Shown here: piece after piece, positions 24,884 to 34,060 of the stretch
Position numbering within the stretch: the stretch's first letter is position 1
Layout: every line of letters starts with the position of its first letter
Assembly (NCBI RefSeq): GCF_001194135.2
Contig: NC_068988.1
Location: 51,654,328-51,688,781 of the forward strand
DNA: 34,454 nt
Source: Octopus bimaculoides
Lineage: Eukaryota
Direction: 5' to 3'
Program-made: the position numbers and the translations under genes
Notes under the pieces: generated by a model
The model's database searches: none
Told to the model about the DNA's origin: nothing
Seen by the model: only the letters and a program-made list of their open reading frames with translations

Positions 24884-25052
24884 ATGCCTTGTGGTATTTT
24901 GTTGTAGCACTTAATGTTCTAAATTCAAATCGGAGGTCAATTTTTACCTTTCATCCTCCTGGGATTTCAATAAAGTTCCAGCCAAGTATTGGAATGATTT
25001 AATCAACTAATATCCTCACTCTCTAAATTGTGTCCATGTTAGACATCAGTAT
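24884..25052 (+). mobile_element. Diverged family C SINE
   Basis: AATTCAAATCGGAGGTCAATTTTTACCTTTCATCCT... is the sense form of the family C core. Confidence 0.5.
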
Positions 25053-25089
25053 TTACTTTCATATCCCCACTTAATTGAGGGACCTTGTC

Positions 25090-25296
25090 TTATGGGGACT
25101 TAGTGACCTCACCAGTGCTGGTGCCATGAATAAAAAGCACCCAGTACATTGTGAAGTAGTTGGCATTAGAAATGACATCAGCTGTAGAAGCAATGGCAAA
25201 GCAGATATTGAAACTTAGTGCAGCCCTGTTTGGTCAGTTCATTTTGAACTACTCAACCCACATGCCAGCATGGAAAAAAAGATGGTAAATGATGAT
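25090..25296 (+). mobile_element. Family B retroposon 3' end, diverged
   Basis: AAAAAGCACCCAGTACA...GTTGGCATTAG...ATGCCAGCATGGAAAA...AAATGATGAT. Confidence 0.65.
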
Positions 25297-26913
25297 AACT
25301 GTTCCAACAAGTCTGATCTTATTTTATCTTCATCAGCTATTTTATTTCTCAATGTGTTACACAGTATCAAAAAGAATCTGAACTTTTATTTCTAAACTGA
25401 GGCTTAACAACATAGTAATCCATCAGGACATTGACACACAAGGCTAATAGACAGAAAACAAAAATAACAATCTTATTAACAACAATGCATTTCAGACATT
25501 TAGACCCTGGTAACTTATTTTTACTGGATATAGATGCAGTGTAGTCTTGTGATCGTGTCACATCTATCAGCTTCCTTTAAGAAACAAACATTGCCTTTTC
25601 AGCTAAATACCTAACCTATTTAGCTATCGCAAATTTGACAACATATTAGTTGAACAGATTGCAAGCTATATAGAAAAAACTCTAAGACAAAGTTCAATAA
25701 GAACCAAAATTACAGATTGTAAATATCTTATTGAGTAAAAGGTGATAAAATTATGCTAGAGATTAAAATGTCACTGATATCAAGATATCAAAAACCAAGA
25801 ATGGCTATCAAAGTTATATTTTTGTAAAAATTATTTTGTGTGAAGGAAATCACCAAAGATTATGAACAGCTGATAGGGAACTTAAGAACTTAGTGATGAA
25901 CAGGTTCTGAAGTGATAAGACTTTCAAGTTAGTTGTCAAGTTCAACACAATCCTTAGGAATGGATTTTAACTATACTTGTACGCCGTATTTTGTCAAAGG
26001 CTAACATCAAATGTAATCAGTTCTACAACAAGAGACCATTTCTGTGATATAAAAGAAAGTTATCATTGGATTTGAATTAATGAAACTCCTATTAAGATCA
26101 CTGGAGAAAGGTTAAAATCTAAATTGTTCTTAATGATGCTTTAATTACATTAAAGATGGCGAAGATTGGTGTTCTACAGAGCAACTGTTACCAAAGTCAG
26201 AAGGATCTTACTGTTGGTTTATGAGAGTACACAGCTGTTAGCTTCCATGTAAGTAATATCTGCAAGCAGCTATATGTCATTCAGTTGGGTGCCCACTTTT
26301 TAGATGCCATTTAAAGGGTGGAGCAATGAGGATGGGACAGTGGAAACTTGTTTTTCATGAGACTGGAGATTAATGCTGTCATTTAACACCAGATTAGTCT
26401 TGACTGAGCAGACCTATCATCAAAGGCGTTCTGGCCATGACCACACCACCTTTTGGTATGACTTTTGGAAAAGCAGAAAAGTATGAAGATCAACATGCTA
26501 GGGAGGATTGTATCATATTCGAAGTTCAAATAAAGTAGGTTATTTACTAAAGATAAAATTGGTTAGAAATTAAAAATTCTAAGACAACTGCATGATAAAG
26601 AGTAAGTAATGTTAGTGCCAACATATTTAAAATACAAAACCAGAATCAAATAAGCAGTGAGAAAAAATATTAGTCAACAACTAATATCATTTGAATTTTC
26701 AGCAAGGGAATTAACTCTGGGTATCTTTCTACATGATTTTGATATCATCAACTAATATTTTATTTTCACTGTATAATTTATTCCATTCTCATATTTTCAT
26801 GGTGTGTAACATCCATCAATCTTTTGTTTACTGTGTAGATGACATCACAGAATTATTGAATTTTTAAATACTTCTATATTTCTAGACCCACAGGACTTAT
26901 TTACTATTACTTT

Positions 26914-27378
26914 AGGGTAATTCCATATAAATGTGGGACAGGCATGAAACCCACCATCTCAGATTTTCAATAAATTTTGACCAGTTGTTCCTATCATTAA
27001 GAACAGAAAAAGCGCAAAATTTCAGGCCCCAACTCCCAATGCTTCAAAAAGTTATACTGATTTGAAATTTGGCCCAAATCACCCATTTTTAGGCTAGTGG
27101 CAGCTAACTTGAATTTCAATGCTGCAACAAATAATGTAATAACTTTCAATCCACATGGACTATTTTTGTTTACTGTGTAGATGACATCACAGGCCTAAAA
27201 ACAGGTGATTTGAGCCAAATTTCAAATCAGCATAACTTTTGAAGCATTGGGAGTTGGGGCCTGAAATTTTGCACTTTTTCTGTTCTTGATAGAAACAACT
27301 GGTCAAAATTTGTTGAAAATCTGAGATGGTGGGTTTCAAAATCCCGTTTTTTGTCCCTGGTTTACATGGAATCACCCT
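26914..27378. mobile_element. Foldback MITE with long TIRs (arms 26946-27094 and 27193-27337, 98-bp spacer, outer termini AGGGTAATTCCAT / ATGGAATCACCCT)
   Basis: Manual alignment of the arms gives about 7 substitutions and 2 indels over about 147 bp. The outer termini are also inverted. No clean TSD is visible, so the superfamily is unassigned. Confidence 0.85.
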
Positions 27379-27402
27379 CTGGTAAGTTTACAGTAAAGTA
27401 AA

Positions 27403-27441
27403 CCTCACTGATGATGTCAAAATTAGGTAGAAACATGTTAA
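27403..27441 (+). ncRNA. Minimal hammerhead-like motif with intact core words but no stem I
   Basis: CTGATGA (27408-27414), TGTC...GGTA wobble-rich stem II, GAAAC (27430-27434) and palindromic AACATGTT with a GUU triplet. The 3' strand of stem I is missing where the adjacent SINE ends. Confidence 0.35.
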
Positions 27442-27684
27442 AAATTATTTACATTATTTATATTTGATGGATATTTGTCCTCATCTTGTTTGTTGTTAAC
27501 ACGTTTTGGCTGATATGCCCTCCAGCCTTCATCAAGTGTCTTGGGGAAATTTCGAACCTGGGTTCTCATTCCTAATGTATTTTCGATATTATTATTATTA
27601 TTCAGGTCACTGCCTGGAATCGAACTTGGAATCTTGGGGTTAGTAGCCCGCGCTCTTAACCACTATGCCATATGCCCGTGGGCA
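27442..27684 (-). mobile_element. Young tRNA-headed SINE whose body carries hammerhead-ribozyme-like folds
   Basis: Minus strand: A box TGGCATAGTGG (27670-27660), anticodon-like arm GGG-CTACTAA-CCC, B box GTTCGATTCC (27625-27616), (AAT)n linker, then GACAC-TTGATGA-A-GGCTG-(10 nt)-CAGCC-AAAAC-GTGTT. CpG-rich relative to its flanks. Confidence 0.82.
27499..27540 (-). ncRNA. Degenerate hammerhead ribozyme inside the SINE
   Basis: Perfect 5-bp stem II (GGCTG/CAGCC), 5-bp stem I (GACAC/GTGTT) and core words TTGATGA and AAAAC, each one substitution from CUGAUGA and GAAAC. No stem III or cleavage triplet is left in this copy. Confidence 0.55.
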
Positions 27685-30600
27685 ATGTTAGAAATTGTTT
27701 CCTGCACTTGCCAGGAAAATGAAAAAAAAAAAAAGATATTAGTCATCTACTAATGTTTTTCTCATATAGTCTCCTTTAACTTTTCTATATAAAATAGTTT
27801 GACCAATAATTAGAGCCAGATGACTATAATACTTGAGGTAAAGGAGGTATTTGTGTAATGTGTACATCTGGTAGTGGTGTAAAGAAGGCAATAATAAGTT
27901 AAAAGTAAGATGTTGCTTAGATCCAGGTCAACCCTGATCCAGCAAGCCCCATGATCAAAGTTGTTTCATAACAACCATCCAGTTTCTTTTCTTTTTTTCA
28001 TATAATGTAATATATATTTTGCCAGTTTCAGCTAGAGGCTGTAACCATGTTGGGGTACCAACTTTAGAGTGTTGCCTTTTACTTTCTCTAAGATTAGATT
28101 AGATCTTATATAGGATTTAAGATTAGATTAGATTTTCTGAGATTTAAGATTAGATTTTTGCAATGTGTCCTCATTTTCAAAACAGTATAGTGTGAAGTGA
28201 AGGAAAGTCTGCTGCTTTTCTTAACAGATTGATTAACTACATAATAGCTTGCTTCCTCATTGGCTTAGTGGTAAACAGAAGCGATGGAGTAAAGTGAAGT
28301 AGGTGGGTTAAAGTGAAAAAGAGGTCAAGTAAATTGGGCCAAGATGGGGTGGGGGCAACTTATGAGTGATGGGCAGCTGCGAGTAGAGTAAATGTTATTC
28401 ATAGTAATTCAAGAAGTCTTCCAGTTTAAGTTGGTACAAAGAGAGTGGGTAAGACTGGAAAGTTGTGTTGAACTTGACAATTCCAATTACGACTACAACG
28501 AAAAACATGGTGTAAAAAACAAAACAGTATTTTGTACTTGAGCCACATTCTGAACACACATACACATATAACAGATTTGTTATACAGACACAAGGCCTTA
28601 AATTCAGGCCAAGATATGTTCAATTAAACCAGACCACAATACTTCACTGTTACTATGAAGACTAGAAGGATGAATGTCAAAGACAGCCATGGCAGGATTT
28701 GAGCTCATAACTGACATCTCTCAAGAACATATTCTATACTGAAAGATCACAGTACCTGTTAGCTGGCATAACCCCTTTACCTGTCCTGTGTATCAAATGT
28801 GATACACAGCACATATTTATCTGATGTCCATGCATCATATACAAGACATTTCCATTGTTTTTTTTTTTGTTTTTTTTCAACCAACAGAATAACTTGCTAC
28901 TTACTAAAGGAAAACTTCATACTGTTAAGAACATATGAAATAACGGCTAAGTCTGAAAACAAGCATAGACGTTTAGGGCAAAGAGTTAAATGTTTCCTGT
29001 AGCTGAGGTTATGAAAGGAGTTGAGTTTTGTGAAGTTCTATGGGCAAGTTACAGTAAATCGATTTTGCTAAACAGACTGCAATAATCTATCTGGAGGCCA
29101 CGGCCAAACTAGCTAGCATGACAGTGGGCAGAAAACTGTCAAATTAAAACGTATGTAATTAGTTATTGTGGAAAATAGATTATGGTTATTTTTGCCGTTT
29201 AAGTCCTAACTCAGCACTTCTCCAACGGACTTACATCAAAAATGACCATCCTATCTTTCCGTATATCTGGAACTATATTTGTCTGGTGTATTTTTTTACA
29301 ACGGTAGTGTGAGGATTGATGGAAATTTGTTTGTTATTTCTAGCACGTTGAGTGATGGCATGACAGATTCCTTCATTGGCTCGTGACTTGAGGTGATAAA
29401 ACGAGGGTCAATCATGTAAATAATAGAGTTAATGAATACTGAAGCGTATGTAAATCATTTTTTTTTAGTATTACACTTGTCTTGTGAAACGGGCGTAATA
29501 GAAACAAAAAATATATATCGAAGGAAAATGAAAAGGGCACAGATTTGATGGAAAGAAGTAGCAAAAATGTGAAAAATAGAATTTTTTGGAAAAAAGAAAA
29601 ATTTAATCGAAAGAAACACCCAATTCCTTGCCCTTTCCATTCTCCATGAGGTAGTGATAGCTATTCCGAAAGTCCGCTAACCAGAGATCACACCCACCTC
29701 GTGAGACGAGTGTAATAGTACAAGTTTAATGAAATTTTAGATATGAAACTGTACTAATAAATTCTGGAAAAGGGAAATTATGTGCAACTAACTAGGAGTG
29801 GGTTCCAACTGAAGAGGAAGGATATAAAGTAGGAAATATTGTTGCATGAATGTTTCTATAGACACAAACTCCTCGTATGACATATACACCCACTCACATT
29901 AGACGAGGGAAAATATGCAAGCACTTCATTTTGTGCTGGATAACCGAAGCCGCAAACAAGAAAGTGATGCTGATGAAATACGGAGTAACTATGAAGTTCT
30001 AGATTTTATAGAGGGCCGCAATTCTTTGGATAGTATTGATATATTTTAAGTCACTTATTTTGAAAAATTTTAATCTCCATAAGGGTGGAGTGTTGGAAAT
30101 GAAATTTTGGGGCGTGTAGAAATAATGAACAATACATTCTATCGTAACATGATGCTGGTAAATATTGCGGCAGTTGAAACGTGTAAGAATCAAGAAGGGA
30201 GAGAGAGCAGGGAGGAATGACAGAGGGCAAAAATGAGGGAATAGTAGCGATGGGGAATACGAGAAATAGCAGACAAAAAACAGTAAAATATCGGTTCAAA
30301 ATAACTTATTTCTTCTTAAAATCATATAAAATAAGTTATATACAACTGTCATGACAGGAATCAGCGGTCTCGCTTTAATTTAATTTGTAACAATATGCAT
30401 GGTCGAAGGAGTGGTGCAAGTAAGTTGGTTGAACAATACGTATCGCCAAACCTTTAGTCATGTTATTTGTATAATATTACATAGAATGGAATGGAATTTC
30501 CCGACGTCATGATGTGATCAAATTTGGAACAGATGACATATCTTTGGTGGACATTAACTATTCTGACAAAGTTTTAACAAGAAATCGTTTGCAAGCTTAA

Positions 30601-30924
30601 CAAAAGATGAGAAATGAATGGATAAATCCATAGATAGGCAGATAGACAAACAAAATAAAATGATGAACAAGAACTTTTTAACAATAATGACAATAGACAC
30701 TCTCTATAACGAAAGCTATAGTGAAATAATTAATTAGCGAGCGCATGACAGACCGAAGGAACTTTCGACAGGCTTCAACTTAATACAAAATCAAATTAAC
30801 ATCCACGTAGGATTAAAGTACATGAAAAATCTCATTACAGTAAATCATTATATGTCACCTTTGATAAGAGCAAGTAATAAACATTACAATTATATTAAAG
30901 ACATGTACTATTGTTGTCATCCCT

Positions 30925-31245
30925 AAAAAAGCATTCTAAACATGACCATCCCATTTTAAAGAATACGTAAGACTTCGTTATCAATGTGGCCTTCTGTAAT
31001 TCACATAAATGTAGGGTGTGATTTGAAGGAAATATGGCTGCTATTTCTAGCATGTCGAATGATTACGTAGTGCAAGGATGGGCAACCTTTTCCGAGAAGC
31101 GGGCCGCATGAATCATAGCTCGTCATCAGGCGGGCCGCACTACTAACAAAAAACTGAAAATAATTTATATTTTAGGCGTGTCATTCAGAAAGTCCCGCGG
31201 GCCACAGGTTGCCCATGACTGACGCAGAGACTTCCTCGTTGGCTT
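30925..31245 (+). mobile_element. Family D repeat interrupted by a hAT-type MITE
   Basis: GTAGGGTGTGATTTGAAGGAAATATGGCTGCTATTTCTAGCATGTCGAATGATTACGTAG resumes after the MITE as ACGCAGAGACTTCCTCGTTGGCT. Confidence 0.65.
31073..31221. mobile_element. 149-bp hAT-superfamily MITE with 8-bp TSD
   Basis: TIRs CAAGGATGGGCAACCT / AGGTTGCCCATGACTG, an internal direct repeat GCGGGCCGCA (twice), and flanking 8-mers ACGTAGTG and ACGCAGAG (6 of 8 identical). An 8-bp TSD with CAGGG-like ends is the hAT signature. Confidence 0.8.
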
Positions 31246-32045
31246 GAAACGCACAATAATTGTTACGTGGTCTGATTCGTCGTGTATATAAATGTTAGTC
31301 ATTTATCAACGTGAACGGCTAAAAAGAGAAATAACTGAAATGGGTTTAAAAAAAAAAGGAATAACTGACAAGAAAGGATTACACAGAAAGAACACGGAAG
31401 CAGTGAGTAAATATGTTTAAAAGAACAGATGTTGAATATTTGTTGATCCACTTTATCAATTAATAAAACCGGAACACGACCATAGTCGCCACTGTATCTG
31501 TCCAACATCATCTTCACTCCTCTCTACTTCATCATTTAAAATTTTCAATCGGTTGACATTCTGGGAGTTCTCCCCCTTATTCCCTACGAGAATAAATTTT
31601 CATTAATGACTTTTTTCCCTCTATATCATGAGGGCAATAAATTCGATTAATTAAAAGTTATTTTCGACTCAAAATCCCAAGTACGGTCGTCTACATTTAC
31701 TGAAATACTAAATACTCACGCACAAACAAGAGAACAGACTTGACACTAGACTTGCTGGTAATAACAGCCAAATTTGCGCAAAATAAATAATAAAAAAAGT
31801 CGGGGGAGAATGACAGATTGGTCAATGTAGTCCTAGTTATGCAAAAAGGCAATACAGTCAAGGCTGCAATGTCTTTCATCATATGTCCGCTCAATTTTGA
31901 GTGACCTGAAGTTAAACAACTATATATACTTAATAAGAGTATGATGGAAAGAAAGAAAAGGAAGTGATTCTGCTGTACAATCTGCAAAGATATAAATAAG
32001 AAAACATACACTTCAAAGCAAACTGTATATAATTAGAACACTTAC

Positions 32046-32523
32046 CAGATAGAATACCCGGCGTGTCTATGATACTTATACTTTCCAAAACAGGGTTTTT
32101 CAACATAGAACACTGGAATCTATTTAGAAAAGCGTTACCGAATTTTGACAAAGGTCGGAACTGCTTCTTGGTGTCAACGACCAAAGCATTGCCTGGTATA
32201 ATGCCTTCATTTTCGTTGACCATGACAGCAATGAACCTGTCGGTAGTTGGTTCGGGACCGATACGGATTCCGGGGAAATCTTGCTCCAAGAGGTAACGGA
32301 TGAAAGTTGTTTTGCCAGTGGAATACTGACCGATTAATAAAATCATCGGTCGAGCATCGAAGTCGGAATCATCGAGCATTGGCGAGTGAAAGTCGTGGAA
32401 CCGGTAGTATTCTTCTAGTGGCAACAACTTCGTCTTATAAAGTTGTTTCAAACCTTCCACCACCGAATCGTAAGCCTCCGGTTCCTTTCTGTGTTTGTCC
32501 TCGCCTGTCATCCAACGAAGCAT
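32046..32523 (-). CDS. EHD1: First coding exon (159 codons + 1 nt) of an EH-domain-containing protein, EHD1/Past1/RME-1 family dynamin-like ATPase
   Basis: The translation MLRWMTGEDK...LLPLEEYYRFHDFHSP...GQYSTGKTTFI...GPEPTTDRF...PGNALVVDTKKQFRPLSKFGNAFLNRF...SIIDTPGILSG carries the EHD P-loop (GxxxxGKT), switch I (GPEPTTD) and DTPG motifs. An in-frame TAA lies 18 nt upstream of the ATG. Family similarity stops exactly at TCT G|GTAAGT (phase-1 donor at 32045); the track ORF continuing to 31930 is intron read-through. Exact paralogue naming is uncertain. Confidence 0.96.
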
Positions 32524-33023
32524 GATGACTTTTTTGGTTTAATATCCAACTGTTTTCCAACACAAACACACACAAAAAAAGGTAATAGCTAAGTTGTTTT
32601 AGCTATCAAGAAATAAGATTTGATCAATAAGAGAAGAAAAATATAAATGTAGAGTATGTATTAGTATCCTTCAAGTTGTTCGATATTTCTTCCTCTCTCG
32701 TTCGCCGCTGTATACGATATAGAATATAGTAGAAACTCAAGTCGGTTCTCCGAAAATACACCAAAAAGCGGCAAATAAATAACAGAACACTATTTCATTT
32801 AAACCCCTAAAAGCACAATATACACATAGGCTATATGTGTATCATCAAATAGATATACGTATTAATGAAATAATAGCAGGAGGATGAATAGTTTCCATAT
32901 TACAAGGAACACTGAATTATCGCCACAATGACGACTTCACACCTCACAAAAAAATGTCTTCAGAAAAATCAACCGCCCGAATGGCACTTTCTCTTGAATT
33001 GTCAGCGTGTCTTTAATGTCTGA

Positions 33024-33035
33024 TGCGCATGCGCA
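33024..33035. promoter_or_regulatory. NRF1-type palindromic site TGCGCATGCGCA in the probable EHD promoter
   Basis: Exact 12-bp palindrome matching the NRF1/Ewg consensus, about 500 bp upstream of the ATG, in CpG-retaining sequence. Confidence 0.65.
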
Positions 33036-33111
33036 ATGTGTGCAAGCATAAGTGTCAGACTATGGAAGGCACGAAGAGCAAGTAATCAAGTTCTCTTTAC
33101 TTTGGTGGTTT

Positions 33112-33260
33112 CTTTTTTTTACTTGTTTCAGTCACTGGACTGCGGTCACGCTGGAGCAGCACCTTGAGGGGTTTTAGCTGAACGAATCGCCCCTCGTACT
33201 TATTGTTTTTGAACCAGGTGCTTTTTCTATCGGTCTCTTTTTACCAAAGCACTAATTGCT

Positions 33261-33262
<2 letters not shown>
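33112..33262 (-). mobile_element. Family A SINE tail next to the promoter, CpGs retained
   Basis: TACTTGTTTCAGTCACTGGACTGCGGTCACGCTGGAGCA...CTATCGGTCTCTTTT is the reverse complement of the family A tail. Confidence 0.75.

Positions 33263-33343
<81 letters not shown>
33263..33343. repeat. (AC)n microsatellite running into a gap
   Basis: Direct reading. Confidence 0.97.
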
Positions 33344-33696
33344 NNNNNNNNNNNNNNNNNNNNNNNNNNNNNNNNNNNNNNNNNNNNNNNNNNNNNNNNN
33401 NNNNNNNNNNNNNNNNNNNNNNNNNNNNNNNNNNNNNNNNNNNNNNNNNNNNNNNNNNNNNNNNNNNNNNNNNNNNNNNNNNNNNNNNNNNNNNNNNNNN
33501 NNNNNNNNNNNNNNNNNNNNNNNNNNNNNNNNNNNNNNNNNNNNNNNNNNNNNNNNNNNNNNNNNNNNNNNNNNNNNNNNNNNNNNNNNNNNNNNNNNNN
33601 NNNNNNNNNNNNNNNNNNNNNNNNNNNNNNNNNNNNNNNNNNNNNNNNNNNNNNNNNNNNNNNNNNNNNNNNNNNNNNNNNNNNNNNNNNNNNNNN
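33344..33696. other. Assembly gap (353 N)
   Basis: N run. Confidence 0.99.
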
Positions 33697-33798
33697 GGTA
33701 AAATAGGACTCAAATACCAAAGGTAGAGTAATATGCTTTTTATTAAAGCCCAAAAATCTCCACAGTTTGTGAAGAAGATTTTTTCAGCTTCATAAAAG

Positions 33799-33802
<4 letters not shown>

Positions 33803-33843
<41 letters not shown>
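33803..33843. repeat. (TG)n microsatellite
   Basis: Direct reading. Confidence 0.95.
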
Positions 33844-33845
<2 letters not shown>

Positions 33846-34060
33846 CATCATCACCATCAACATAATTTAATGTCTATTTTCCACTCTGGCATGGGTTTGA
33901 AGGTTTGACAGAAACTAGCCAATCAGAGGGCTGTTCAGGCACCAATTGTCTGTTTAGCATGGTTTCTACAGCTGGATGTCCTTCCTAACACCAACCACTT
34001 TACAGAGTGTGCTGTGTGCTTTTGACATGCTAGCAACATGGGTGCTTTTATGTGGCACTG
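33844..34060 (-). mobile_element. Family B retroposon 3' end, minus orientation
   Basis: ATCATCATC...TTTCCACTCTGGCATGGGTT...GGTTTCTACAGCTGGATGTCCTTCCTAACACCAACCAC; homologous to 16971-17161. Confidence 0.75.

Larger units (their letters stand above)
1..32045 (-). other. Intron following the first coding exon of the EHD gene (at least 32 kb, probably extending beyond the window)
   Basis: Canonical GTAAGT donor at 32045-32040. By-eye searches for the reverse complement of codons for the conserved downstream peptides (EKQR, EWF, WSLGK) found nothing in 1-32045. A small exon hidden in an N-gap cannot be excluded. Confidence 0.65.
28950..33260. promoter_or_regulatory. CpG-retaining (probably unmethylated) promoter, first-exon and proximal-intron domain
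   Basis: CG dinucleotides are frequent here and visibly scarce in most of 3000-27400 and 33700-34454. Judged by eye, not counted. Confidence 0.55.

Noticed and set aside
27605-27677. Possible functional tRNA gene
   Set aside because: A and B boxes and a Ser(GCU)-like loop are present, but I cannot form a proper acceptor stem and the sequence continues into a SINE body.
28090-28158. Repeated GATTTAAGATTAGATT motifs
   Set aside because: Local slippage of an AGATT pentamer; too short and degenerate to imply function.
31930-32045. C-terminal 38 codons of the 197-aa track ORF (KCSNYIQF...)
   Set aside because: EHD similarity ends at a perfect GTAAGT donor, so this is intron read-through.
32063-32525. 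Plus-strand ORFs of 77 aa and 72 aa overlapping the EHD exon
   Set aside because: Shadow ORFs antisense to a real coding exon with no recognisable motifs.
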